This document shows, in pieces, positions 1 through 7,076 of a stretch of DNA of 44,110 nt. Positions within the stretch are counted from its first letter, which is position 1; every line of letters starts with the position of its first letter. A model generated the notes under the pieces. The model was not told where the DNA came from and did not search any database. It was given only the letters and a program-made list of their open reading frames with translations. The stretch is taken from assembly GCA_002299465.1 (NCBI GenBank), contig DBNX01000017.1, positions 1-44,110 on the forward strand, read 5' to 3'. Made by a program: the position numbers and the translations under genes. The DNA is from Patescibacteria group bacterium UBA661. GTDB lineage: Bacteria; Patescibacteriota; Minisyncoccia; Phycocordibacterales; UBA918.

Positions 1-189
1 TGCCAATTTTGGGGTACCTTTCAGGGTGTGTTTTTGTGGCGAGGCGGGAGAAAGTGATTAAATGTCACTTTCGTTAGGATTCGAAAAGGTTCGTCAGATA
101 TTTTGGTAATACTTGAACCAAAATATCGACAACCTGTACTGAAGCTGCAAGCTTCAAACATCCTACCGCGGAGCCTAATAAAGGTTTAG

Positions 190-210
190 CCACGCGATAG
201 CGTGGTTTTT
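190..210 (+). terminator. Intrinsic-terminator-like hairpin CCACGC-GATA-GCGTGG followed by T5
   Basis: 6-bp GC-rich stem 190-195/200-205, 4-nt loop, TTTTT at 206-210. It closes an ORF-free, hairpin-rich stretch (1-210). Confidence 0.45.
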
Positions 211-390
211 GCTTGGGTTCTCGCTTAGCCTGAGCTAAGCTAGTCTAGTGCCTAATTTTTTTACTCTAAAAGAATTAACGGTATAGAGTGCCAAGGATGG
301 TGGACTCATCTAGATAGTCGTGTACAATTTATAAGGAGGCGGTATAAATTGACCTGTATCATCTAGTCCCTTTGTAAAGAGGAGTGTGGT

Positions 391-780
391 ATGGATAAAC
401 TGGAAATCATCATCGTTGATGACGACACAATCTTTATACCCTTTTTGCCCAAAAGAGCTGTGAATTACACATTTGCCAGAACCGAGGCTGAAATGTGGCA
501 AGGTCTCAACGCTAAAATATTTGGTGCCATTTTGCTGGATGGTCATCTCCTTAGCTGGAGACCCAACTTCGACGGCGGTGCTGATGTTGTTCACTCTCTC
601 CGGACTAAGAATATAAAAACACCTATCGTCATGTTCTCTTCGGATGACAACAAAAACAGAGTTGGTCTAGCGGCTGGTGCCAATGCTGCCTGGAATAAGA
701 AAAAATTATACGAGAGTAGGTCTTCTCGAGAAACTCTTATTGCCAAAATCATCTCCATCAAGAAATATAAAAACTTTTAG
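391..780 (+). CDS. Stand-alone response-regulator receiver (CheY-like) domain protein, no output domain
   Basis: 129-aa ORF with a GAGGAG Shine-Dalgarno 6 nt upstream of the ATG. Receiver-like motifs: acidic IIIVDDD near the N-terminus, phospho-acceptor-like Asp in AILLDG, Ser in VMFSS, Lys in AAWNKK. Confidence 0.7.
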   Translation: MDKLEIIIVDDDTIFIPFLPKRAVNYTFARTEAEMWQGLNAKIFGAILLDGHLLSWRPNFDGGADVVHSLRTKNIKTPIVMFSSDDNKNRVGLAAGANAAWNKKKLYESRSSRETLIAKIISIKKYKNF

Positions 781-1113
781 TAGGAGATCTGTACACTCTC
801 CCGCGTTTCTCTCGTCCGCTTTATGACGAGAGCTTAGTAGAAATTTTGAAGTTATTTGAAATTTCTTAGAGATAAATCCCTTGAAACAACGAATCCTTTA
901 TTATTTTACTCTCTTCTGGGTCAGCTGATTATTTGCGTGTTGCACAATACACCTCATTTCTCTTACGACGTTAGACTAAAACTGTAGTCAGGTCCGACCT
1001 TTGGAGCCGTTGGTTTGCTTCCTTAATTAAAACCCGGAGCCTGCAGTGTGTTGGCTGATGCCTATTAGGAAAAATTTGACTTTATTTGCCAGTTTAAATT
1101 TAGTATAAAAATA

Positions 1114-1139
1114 GGGGGTGGAATTTAAATTCCACCCCC
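1114..1139 (-). terminator. Perfect 26-nt palindrome GGGGGTGGAATTTAAATTCCACCCCC, terminator of the 1163-1675 gene
   Basis: Self-complementary 13-bp arms, 24 nt downstream of the minus-strand stop. On the minus strand it is followed by TATTTTTATAC. Confidence 0.7.
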
Positions 1140-1162
1140 TACACTTCAAAATCCGTTTTATC

Positions 1163-1675
1163 CTAGTCAAACAGATTGTTGGTGGCGCTGTAGCAGGTTG
1201 CCACAATGTCGCCATCATTTCTGACTGGCGGGTAAGCCCGCTCGCTAACGCTATTGCCAAAGTGATCAATTAGCAACTCCCGTGTCTCGGTGTAAAGCTC
1301 CCAAACTCGGGTCGAGCTGTAATAATCGTCAGGATCAAGCGGCACGTGGTGCATCATACGTCCATAGATTCGGTAGCAAAAGTCTTGCCAGCCGCGGGTA
1401 TCAAGCACGTGCCAATGCCAGTATTCGTCAACAACCGTCGAAATGGCAAACTGTTGACGCGGATACTCGAGAATTGGCAAAGCGTAATACTGACGAAGTG
1501 CCTCCATTGCTTCGTCCTCAAAAAGAACTGGCGTCTCCCCCCGACACAATTTTTTCTTGTTAGCAAGACGGACCACGGGACGCAAATCCTCCACTTTCAG
1601 CTTACCAAGCCGCATCAGATTTTGCTGTCCCCACCCATACTTGATCTTGGTTTCAGCATAGAAAACAGTATCCAT
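1163..1675 (-). CDS. Hypothetical protein with a GRDP/DUF1399-like WHxHxL...FC...G...HH motif
   Basis: 170-aa ORF with GAGGTG Shine-Dalgarno 5 nt upstream of the ATG. The segment VVDEYWHWHVLDTRGWQDFCYRIYGRMMHHVP resembles my recollection of the conserved core of glycine-rich-domain-protein (DUF1399) families. Confidence 0.55.
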   Translation of the reverse strand: MDTVFYAETKIKYGWGQQNLMRLGKLKVEDLRPVVRLANKKKLCRGETPVLFEDEAMEALRQYYALPILEYPRQQFAISTVVDEYWHWHVLDTRGWQDFCYRIYGRMMHHVPLDPDDYYSSTRVWELYTETRELLIDHFGNSVSERAYPPVRNDGDIVATCYSATNNLFD

Positions 1676-1859
1676 TGCTTCACCTCACACAGTTGAAAGT
1701 TTTGCCCGCCGACACTCTACTGGTCGGTAAGTAATTTATAACATTTTTATACTTTCATCACAAAACTGAAACGACTGAAAAACATCAGAACTTTTTAACT
1801 CAGAATAATTATCAACCACCAACCCTGTTCGGGGTGACACTTAAATCAACATTGTTAGG

Positions 1860-1865
1860 TATAAT
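1860..1865 (+). promoter_or_regulatory. -10 box TATAAT, 8 nt upstream of the MFS ATG (leaderless-type)
   Basis: Perfect TATAAT at 1860-1865, ATG at 1874, no Shine-Dalgarno between them. Confidence 0.5.
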
Positions 1866-1873
1866 CAGAGAGC

Positions 1874-3112
1874 ATGATGCCTGAAGTAAAATTCGGTACT
1901 CGTTGGAGCGTGCCTGTGGCGGGCTTTCTCCTCGCTTTGATGGGTGGCATATCCTACGCCTGGGGAGTTTTTGTGATACCGATGCGTGACACTTTCGGTT
2001 GGAGCACCGCTGAAGCCACTCTGCCCCTAACCGCCTTTATGGTTATTTTTTCTTTGATGATGGTGCCGGCGGGTATTATTCAAGACCGCATTGGTCCGGG
2101 GCGAGTAGCCTTACTTGGCGCTTTACTTTTCTTTGCGGCTTATGCGCTCGCTGCGCTCGTTGTGGTCTTCCCTAGTCCTTGGTGGTTAATCTTTTCTTAC
2201 AGTCTTCTCGGTGGTATGGCGTGTGGGCTGACCTACGCTTGTGTAGCGCCACCAGCGAGAAAGTGGTTCCCTGACAAACCCGGACTGGCTATCGCCGTAG
2301 CTGTGATGGGTTTTGGTTTGGCGGCGGTAGTTTTTGCGCCACTGAAAGCCAATTATCTGATTCCCGAATACGGCATTGCTGGGACTTTTCTCAGCATTGG
2401 TTTATTGACCGCCATTGTTTCTATTTTTGCATCTTGGCTAATCACTAATCCGCCTAAAGACTGGGTACCAGCTGGATTTTCAAAACCGGACAGCTCAACC
2501 ATTCCGCTTATGGCACAAAACGCCACCCCTCGAGAAGTCGTTGCCAGTTCGCAATTTAAGTTGATGTGGTTTACTTTTGTTTGTGTGATTGCTGGCGGTC
2601 TGATGGCGATTGGGCTCATCCCCACCTACGGCGTAGAGATGCTCAGCCTCACAACAGTCGAAGCCGCCATTGCCATATCCATTTTTGCGGCGGTTAATGG
2701 CTTAGGGCGACCGCTAGCTGGCTACCTCAGTGACCGCTTTGGTATTTTAGAAGTTATGCTGGTTACTTACATTGTACAAGCCCTTACTTATTTACTGTTC
2801 CCATTAGCAGTGACCTCCCTACCCACGCTTTACCTCGGAGCAGCTTTGCTCGGCTGGGGTTTTGCTGTTACTTTGGCGTTATTCCCTGTCCTGACCGCAA
2901 ATTATTTCGGTACAAAAAATATGGGTGTTAATTATGGCTTGGTTTTTACCGCTTTTGGTTTTGGAGCGCTCTCGCCCGTCTTGAGTTCACTACTTTATGA
3001 CCACACCAACAGCTATACCCTAATTTTCCTCATTGTCGGCACACTCACCAGCCTCGGTTGTCTTTTGGTAATTTGTCTTAAGAAAAAATTTCAACCAAAA
3101 TCTTCGACCTAA
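1874..3112 (+). CDS. MFS transporter, oxalate/formate antiporter (OFA)-like family
   Basis: 412-aa polytopic protein with about 12 hydrophobic segments. The N-terminus (WSVPVAGFLLALMGGISYAWGVF) and overall layout are typical of OFA-type MFS permeases. Confidence 0.85.
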   Translation: MMPEVKFGTRWSVPVAGFLLALMGGISYAWGVFVIPMRDTFGWSTAEATLPLTAFMVIFSLMMVPAGIIQDRIGPGRVALLGALLFFAAYALAALVVVFPSPWWLIFSYSLLGGMACGLTYACVAPPARKWFPDKPGLAIAVAVMGFGLAAVVFAPLKANYLIPEYGIAGTFLSIGLLTAIVSIFASWLITNPPKDWVPAGFSKPDSSTIPLMAQNATPREVVASSQFKLMWFTFVCVIAGGLMAIGLIPTYGVEMLSLTTVEAAIAISIFAAVNGLGRPLAGYLSDRFGILEVMLVTYIVQALTYLLFPLAVTSLPTLYLGAALLGWGFAVTLALFPVLTANYFGTKNMGVNYGLVFTAFGFGALSPVLSSLLYDHTNSYTLIFLIVGTLTSLGCLLVICLKKKFQPKSST

Positions 3113-3417
3113 GAAAGATATTGCTGACTGTATTTAATCATCGCTTGTTCGATGATTCTTATCCCCAGACCCTTTTTGGTAACTCGATAAAAACCAGTAT
3201 CGGTTTTTTCAATCAATTCTTTTTCCCGTAACTGTTTTAATTTGTTAGTAAGAGTCCGCGTAGAGATGTTTTGTAAATCGGACTCAATCTCACAAAATCG
3301 CTTATCACCCGTCATCAAACTGTGGAGAATTAGCATGGTCCAAGTGTCAGATAATAACCGAGATACTTGCACGATAGGGCAAGGGGTTGGTTTTGTTGTT
3401 GGTTTTTTTGCTGACAC
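3109..3417 (-). CDS. HxlR-family winged-helix transcriptional regulator
   Basis: 102 aa with a GTG start. CPIVQVSRLLSDTWTMLILHSL...RFCEIESDL.NISTRTLTNKLKQLREKELIEK matches the HxlR-type HTH pattern. It is divergent from a nitroreductase, a classic pairing. Confidence 0.85.
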   Translation of the reverse strand: MSAKKPTTKPTPCPIVQVSRLLSDTWTMLILHSLMTGDKRFCEIESDLQNISTRTLTNKLKQLREKELIEKTDTGFYRVTKKGLGIRIIEQAMIKYSQQYLS

Positions 3418-3423
3418 TTGCTG

Positions 3424-3432
3424 AGTATAGCA
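3424..3432 (-). promoter_or_regulatory. Extended -10 TGcTATACT, 6 nt upstream of the hxlR-like GTG (leaderless-type)
   Basis: The reverse complement of 3424-3432 reads TGCTATACT. The GTG start is at 3417. Confidence 0.5.
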
Positions 3433-3438
3433 AAAAAT

Positions 3439-3465
3439 TAGTTACTTTACAATGTAAAGTAACTA
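3439..3465. promoter_or_regulatory. 27-nt palindromic operator candidate TAGTTACTTTACA-A-TGTAAAGTAACTA
   Basis: Perfect 13-bp arms around a single central base. It sits in the divergent HxlR/nitroreductase intergenic region, immediately upstream of the hxlR -10. Confidence 0.55.
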
Positions 3466-3485
3466 TGTCTTAAACGATAATCCTC

Positions 3486-3515
3486 TTTACATTAAAAAGC
3501 TCTGGTCGGTATACT
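3486..3515 (+). promoter_or_regulatory. Candidate promoter TTTACA-18-TATACT for the nitroreductase/DUF305 unit
   Basis: -35-like 3486-3491 and -10 3510-3515, giving a leader of about 35 nt without a Shine-Dalgarno. Confidence 0.4.
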
Positions 3516-3550
3516 GTGGCTGTTAAAAATAAGTTAAAAAATAAATAACT

Positions 3551-4183
3551 ATGAGCAACTTAAATGAAGCCCTGCAGTGGCGTTACGCTACTCAAAAATT
3601 TAATACTGAACAAATTGTAAGCGAATCTGATCTTAATCTGATTATTGAGGCAGGCAACCTAATGCCGACAGCTTATGGTCTTCAGCCCTTTAAATTTGTG
3701 GTAGTAACCGATAAAGCGATCAAAGAATCTTTGGTGGAGCACTCTTACGGACAACGTCATATCGCTGACAATTCACACCTAATCGTCATTGCTGCTCGTA
3801 CTGACGTTGACGAAGCTGCCATCACTGAGTACACAGACCGCATTGAACAAGTCCGTAATTTGGAACCGGGAAGCGTTTCTGGCTTTAAGTCAATTATGGT
3901 TGGGGATCTAACCAACCGCACTGAATCAGACCGTCTAGTCTGGGCACAAAAGCAAGCTTACTTGGCTCTCGGTGGTATGATGGCTGCCGCTTCGATGTTA
4001 AAAATCGACAATCATGCTCTCGAGGGTTTTAATCCGAAAGCTTACAATGACAGCTTGGGATTAGCTGATGAAAATCTACACGCAACAGTGCTTCTCGCTC
4101 TCGGCTACCGTTCCCCTGACGATGCTTGGCAAACCTACGCTAAAGTTCGTAAAGATTTGACAGATTTGGTAATAAGATGCTAA
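3551..4183 (+). CDS. Nitroreductase-family NAD(P)H-dependent oxidoreductase
   Basis: 210 aa. The N-terminal RYATQKF...DLNLIIEAGNLMPTAYGLQPFKFVVV and overall length match the nitroreductase fold family. Confidence 0.85.
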   Translation: MSNLNEALQWRYATQKFNTEQIVSESDLNLIIEAGNLMPTAYGLQPFKFVVVTDKAIKESLVEHSYGQRHIADNSHLIVIAARTDVDEAAITEYTDRIEQVRNLEPGSVSGFKSIMVGDLTNRTESDRLVWAQKQAYLALGGMMAAASMLKIDNHALEGFNPKAYNDSLGLADENLHATVLLALGYRSPDDAWQTYAKVRKDLTDLVIRC

Positions 4184-4193
4184 CCTTAAGCTA

Positions 4194-4817
4194 ATGAATA
4201 AACGTGCTTTGATCATCGCCGGTAGTCTGACTTTGTTGTTTTCGGTGACACTACTTGCCTCAGCACAGTTAGGATGGCTCCCCAACAACGAAAAGCAAAC
4301 CCCCCCCTATTCCGAGACTGAGCCGACTAAAGATTTGTCTTTAGCTAAAGACCACCACTGGCATTTAACTCAAGAAATTACTAACGAACGAGGCTTCATT
4401 GAACATATGATCCCTCACCACCAAGAAGCTGTTGATACTGCTCGAGCAGTACTAGAGCGCGGTGGCAGTATTCCAGAGATAGTTACACTGGCTAACACAA
4501 TTATTGAAACCCAGGAGCGAGAAATCGCCATGATGAAAAGTTGGTATGAATCGTGGTATGGCACACCTTATGTAGACACCGGCGTCTATGTGCCAATGAT
4601 GCGTGATCTTAGCGCTCTCAGTGGTGCCGAGCTGGACCGTGTTTTTCTTGAGGATATGATACCCCACCACATTGCGGCGGTAAAAAAATCCGAGAATCTA
4701 AAACCTTACATTGTCCACCCGGAAATGTCTCTACTTATCGAGTCAGTCATTGCTTCTCAGTCAGCCGAAATCAATCTTATGCGGGAATTACTAACCTCTC
4801 TACCGCAATCACAATAA
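4194..4817 (+). CDS. DUF305-family secreted/anchored protein (four-helix-bundle, His-rich motifs)
   Basis: 207 aa with an N-terminal hydrophobic signal/anchor. The motif is duplicated (FIEHMIPHHQEAV and FLEDMIPHHIAAV), which is characteristic of DUF305. Confidence 0.8.
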   Translation: MNKRALIIAGSLTLLFSVTLLASAQLGWLPNNEKQTPPYSETEPTKDLSLAKDHHWHLTQEITNERGFIEHMIPHHQEAVDTARAVLERGGSIPEIVTLANTIIETQEREIAMMKSWYESWYGTPYVDTGVYVPMMRDLSALSGAELDRVFLEDMIPHHIAAVKKSENLKPYIVHPEMSLLIESVIASQSAEINLMRELLTSLPQSQ

Positions 4818-4841
4818 AGATAAACTCGCCTAGTTAGTAAA

Positions 4842-5075
4842 TCATTCTTCTGTAATTAGACCCAGTTGTTCAACGAATTCCTCATAAGATTCTGTTATAA
4901 GCAAAGCTTCCGTGGGGTAAATTAAACCTTGCGCGTAAGACTTAAGCACACCGGCAATCTCAACATTACTGTAGCCTTTGGCACTAAGTTTTAAAGCCGT
5001 TTCCAACACCAGATTGTCATCTTTAGTACTCTTCATTAGAGCTGCGGCGAACATTTTTTCAAACGGGTGTGCCAT
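4842..5075 (-). CDS. Small hypothetical protein (77 aa)
   Basis: ORF preceded by an extended -10 (TGaTATACT) 10 nt upstream of its ATG. I recognise no family. Confidence 0.5.
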   Translation of the reverse strand: MAHPFEKMFAAALMKSTKDDNLVLETALKLSAKGYSNVEIAGVLKSYAQGLIYPTEALLITESYEEFVEQLGLITEE

Positions 5076-5122
5076 ATTTCCGTGGAGTATATCATTACCC
5101 GGAAAAATGGCACACCCGTTTG
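5060..5122. repeat. 16-bp perfect inverted repeat (CAAACGGGTGTGCCAT / ATGGCACACCCGTTTG) with a 31-nt spacer
   Basis: Arms at 5060-5075 and 5107-5122. The left arm is the start codon plus the first five codons of the 77-aa ORF. The right arm overlaps the -35 regions of both divergent promoters. Confidence 0.7.
5086..5094 (-). promoter_or_regulatory. Extended -10 TGaTATACT, 10 nt upstream of ATG 5075 (leaderless-type)
   Basis: The reverse complement of 5086-5094 reads TGATATACT. Confidence 0.5.
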
Positions 5123-5147
5123 CGTTTTTACTCTATCCACCTACAAT
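5120..5147 (+). promoter_or_regulatory. Candidate promoter TTGCGT-16-TACAAT, 8 nt upstream of the mutM ATG (leaderless-type)
   Basis: -35-like 5120-5125 and -10 5142-5147; ATG at 5156. Confidence 0.5.
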
Positions 5148-5155
5148 ATCCCTAT

Positions 5156-6016
5156 ATGCCAGAATTACCCGAAGTCGAAACGGTCCGCCTCCAGCTCCGC
5201 CAGCAGTTGGTAAAAAAACGCATCAAAGCCGTAACCGTCCTAAATCTCAAAACCGTCAATCACAACAAAAATTTCTCACACCAGCTAGCGGGTAAAGTAA
5301 TCAATGACATTGATCGAATTGGTAAACTAATGATCGTTAGTTTCGCTAAAGAACCAGACTTATTTCTCTTGATCCACTTAAAAATGACCGGGCAATTATT
5401 TTTCAAAAGCCGGGCGGGCGTGCTTGGCGGTGGGCACACGCTAACCGAATCCACCAAACAACTACCCAACAAACACACCCGGGTGGCTTTTACTTTTAGC
5501 GATAACGCCACTTTATTTTTTAATGATATGCGACTTTTTGGTTACGCCAAATTGGTTACAGCTGAAGAATTGGTGGTCATCCGCGCTCGTTTTGGTCAAG
5601 AACCAATCAGTCCTGACTTTGACGGCGCGGACTTTATGCTTAAACTTAAAAAACGAACCGCCACCATCAAAGCCGTTCTGTTAGACCAATCGTTTATCGC
5701 TGGTCTTGGTAATATTTATGTTGACGAAACATTATTTCACGCCACCGTAAGACCCACCAGACGAGCTCATCTGGTCACCAAAACCGAGGCCTTAGCGATT
5801 ATAAAATTTAGCCAAGAAGTCCTAAAACAATCAATCCGCTACGGCGGTACGACCTTCCAGCATTTTCTTGATACCGGCGGTCAAAACGGAAATTACACAG
5901 ACTGTTTGCAAGTTTTTGGAAGACAAAAACTCCCCTGCTTAAAATGCGGTACGCTCATTAAAAAAATTCGTGTGGCTGGACGCGGTACGCATTATTGTCC
6001 AAAATGCCAGCGGTGA
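5156..6016 (+). CDS. mutM: Formamidopyrimidine-DNA glycosylase (Fpg/MutM)
   Basis: The start is set at MPELPEVETV because the catalytic Pro2 must be N-terminal. H2TH region and C-terminal zinc finger CLKCG...YCPKCQ are present. The 29-aa upstream extension in the ORF track is rejected. Confidence 0.92.
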   Translation: MPELPEVETVRLQLRQQLVKKRIKAVTVLNLKTVNHNKNFSHQLAGKVINDIDRIGKLMIVSFAKEPDLFLLIHLKMTGQLFFKSRAGVLGGGHTLTESTKQLPNKHTRVAFTFSDNATLFFNDMRLFGYAKLVTAEELVVIRARFGQEPISPDFDGADFMLKLKKRTATIKAVLLDQSFIAGLGNIYVDETLFHATVRPTRRAHLVTKTEALAIIKFSQEVLKQSIRYGGTTFQHFLDTGGQNGNYTDCLQVFGRQKLPCLKCGTLIKKIRVAGRGTHYCPKCQR

Positions 6017-6069
6017 TTACGCTTTTACCAAGAAGACTCCCTGACCTGTCGCGAAGATAAAAACGTTGA

Positions 6070-6327
6070 TTATTTTTTTCGCTGTCTAGCTTGTCTAAGT
6101 GGCGGACATTTTTGCGGTTCTAAGCCAAGCATACCCCATCTTACCCGACCCCAAGTTCGTTCGTGCAGGTAGTAAAATATTATTTTTGCAGTAACATCAA
6201 TAACACCAACACTGGCCATCAACAGTAAATCACCAGTCATAACATACACCACCAACATCGTAGTGATCGAAGCAATGATTCGCCAAGTAATTCCTTTTAC
6301 AATACTCCGAAAATGCGTCTCTCTCAT
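6070..6327 (-). CDS. DUF2061-family small membrane protein
   Basis: METHFRSIVKGITWRIIASITT...IIFYYLHERTW matches the DUF2061 pattern. The start is set at the second ATG because a TGgTATAAT box overlaps the first one. Confidence 0.72.
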   Translation of the reverse strand: MRETHFRSIVKGITWRIIASITTMLVVYVMTGDLLLMASVGVIDVTAKIIFYYLHERTWGRVRWGMLGLEPQKCPPLRQARQRKK

Positions 6328-6334
6328 AGCGAGC

Positions 6335-6343
6335 ATTATACCA
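6335..6343 (-). promoter_or_regulatory. Extended -10 TGgTATAAT, 7 nt upstream of ATG 6327 (leaderless-type)
   Basis: The reverse complement of 6335-6343 reads TGGTATAAT. Confidence 0.45.
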
Positions 6344-6397
6344 CCAGAGACTGGTGGTCATAATCTAATAGTAGTTGATAGATAAATACAAGCCAAG

Positions 6398-6403
6398 TAA
6401 TAT
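6398..6403 (+). promoter_or_regulatory. -10-like TAATAT, 6 nt upstream of the ung ATG
   Basis: TAATAT at 6398-6403, ATG at 6410, no Shine-Dalgarno. Confidence 0.35.
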
Positions 6404-6409
6404 AGAGAA

Positions 6410-7075
6410 ATGTTGGTGCAAATTGAGCCAAGCTGGCAACTAGCTTTAGAAGAGGAATTCACTAAACCCTACTTCCAATCGCTCGCTTCAGTGGTGAGGC
6501 AATCTTATTTAGACGGTGTTGTTTATCCGCCACCGCAATTAATCTTTAACGCTTTTAAGCTTTGTCCTTTTACCGACACCCGCGTTGTGATACTCGGACA
6601 AGATCCCTATCATGGCCCCAACCAAGCCCACGGGCTTGCTTTTTCTGTTCCCGATGGAGTGAAAACGCCGCCTTCGTTACTGAACATTTTTAAGGAACTT
6701 TCTAGTGACTTAGAGATAACGAAACACGCTACTACCCCCGACCTTACAGACTGGGCGAGGCAAGGTGTGCTGTTGCTTAACGCAACCTTAACGGTACTAC
6801 CCGGACAACCCGGTTCCCACCAAGGCCTTGGCTGGGAAACTTTCACCACCGCCGTCATCAAAACCCTATCTGACCAAAAAAGTAATGTGGTATTTATTCT
6901 CTGGGGCAAGTTTGCCCAAGCCAAACGTGAACTAATTGATTCCACTAAACATTTAATCTTAGAGGCTCCACACCCCTCACCTTTCTCTGCGCACACTGGT
7001 TTTTTTGGTTCACGACCCTTTAGTCAGACTAATCGTTACCTAGAGAAACACGATCTAAAACCAATCCGCTGGTAA
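6410..7075 (+). CDS. ung: Uracil-DNA glycosylase, family 1
   Basis: Catalytic water-activating loop GQDPYHGPNQAHGLAFSV, and HPSPFSA near the C-terminus. Confidence 0.94.
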   Translation: MLVQIEPSWQLALEEEFTKPYFQSLASVVRQSYLDGVVYPPPQLIFNAFKLCPFTDTRVVILGQDPYHGPNQAHGLAFSVPDGVKTPPSLLNIFKELSSDLEITKHATTPDLTDWARQGVLLLNATLTVLPGQPGSHQGLGWETFTTAVIKTLSDQKSNVVFILWGKFAQAKRELIDSTKHLILEAPHPSPFSAHTGFFGSRPFSQTNRYLEKHDLKPIRW

Positions 7076-7076
7076 G

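Noticed and set aside
63-100. GGATTCGAAAAGGTTCG resembles a tRNA/tmRNA T-loop (GGTTCGAA).
   Set aside because: I could not build an acceptor stem, an anticodon arm or a CCA-proximal pairing around it. I also saw no tmRNA tag-reading frame.
310-594. 94-aa minus-strand ORF overlapping the receiver-domain gene.
   Set aside because: It is antisense to an ORF with clear receiver-domain motifs and a strong Shine-Dalgarno. It has no start signals or family resemblance of its own, so it is a shadow ORF.
1282-1696. Three ORFs (1282-1563 +, 1346-1696 +, 1354-1566 -) overlapping the 1163-1675 gene.
   Set aside because: They overlap the longer ORF that has an SD, a terminator and a recognisable motif. 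Their translations are low-complexity or Arg/Ser-rich, which is typical of off-frame artefacts.
5069-5155. 29-aa N-terminal extension of mutM in the ORF track.
   Set aside because: Fpg catalysis requires Pro2 at the mature N-terminus (MPELPEVE starts at 5156). The extension would also contain the predicted promoter boxes and the inverted-repeat arm.
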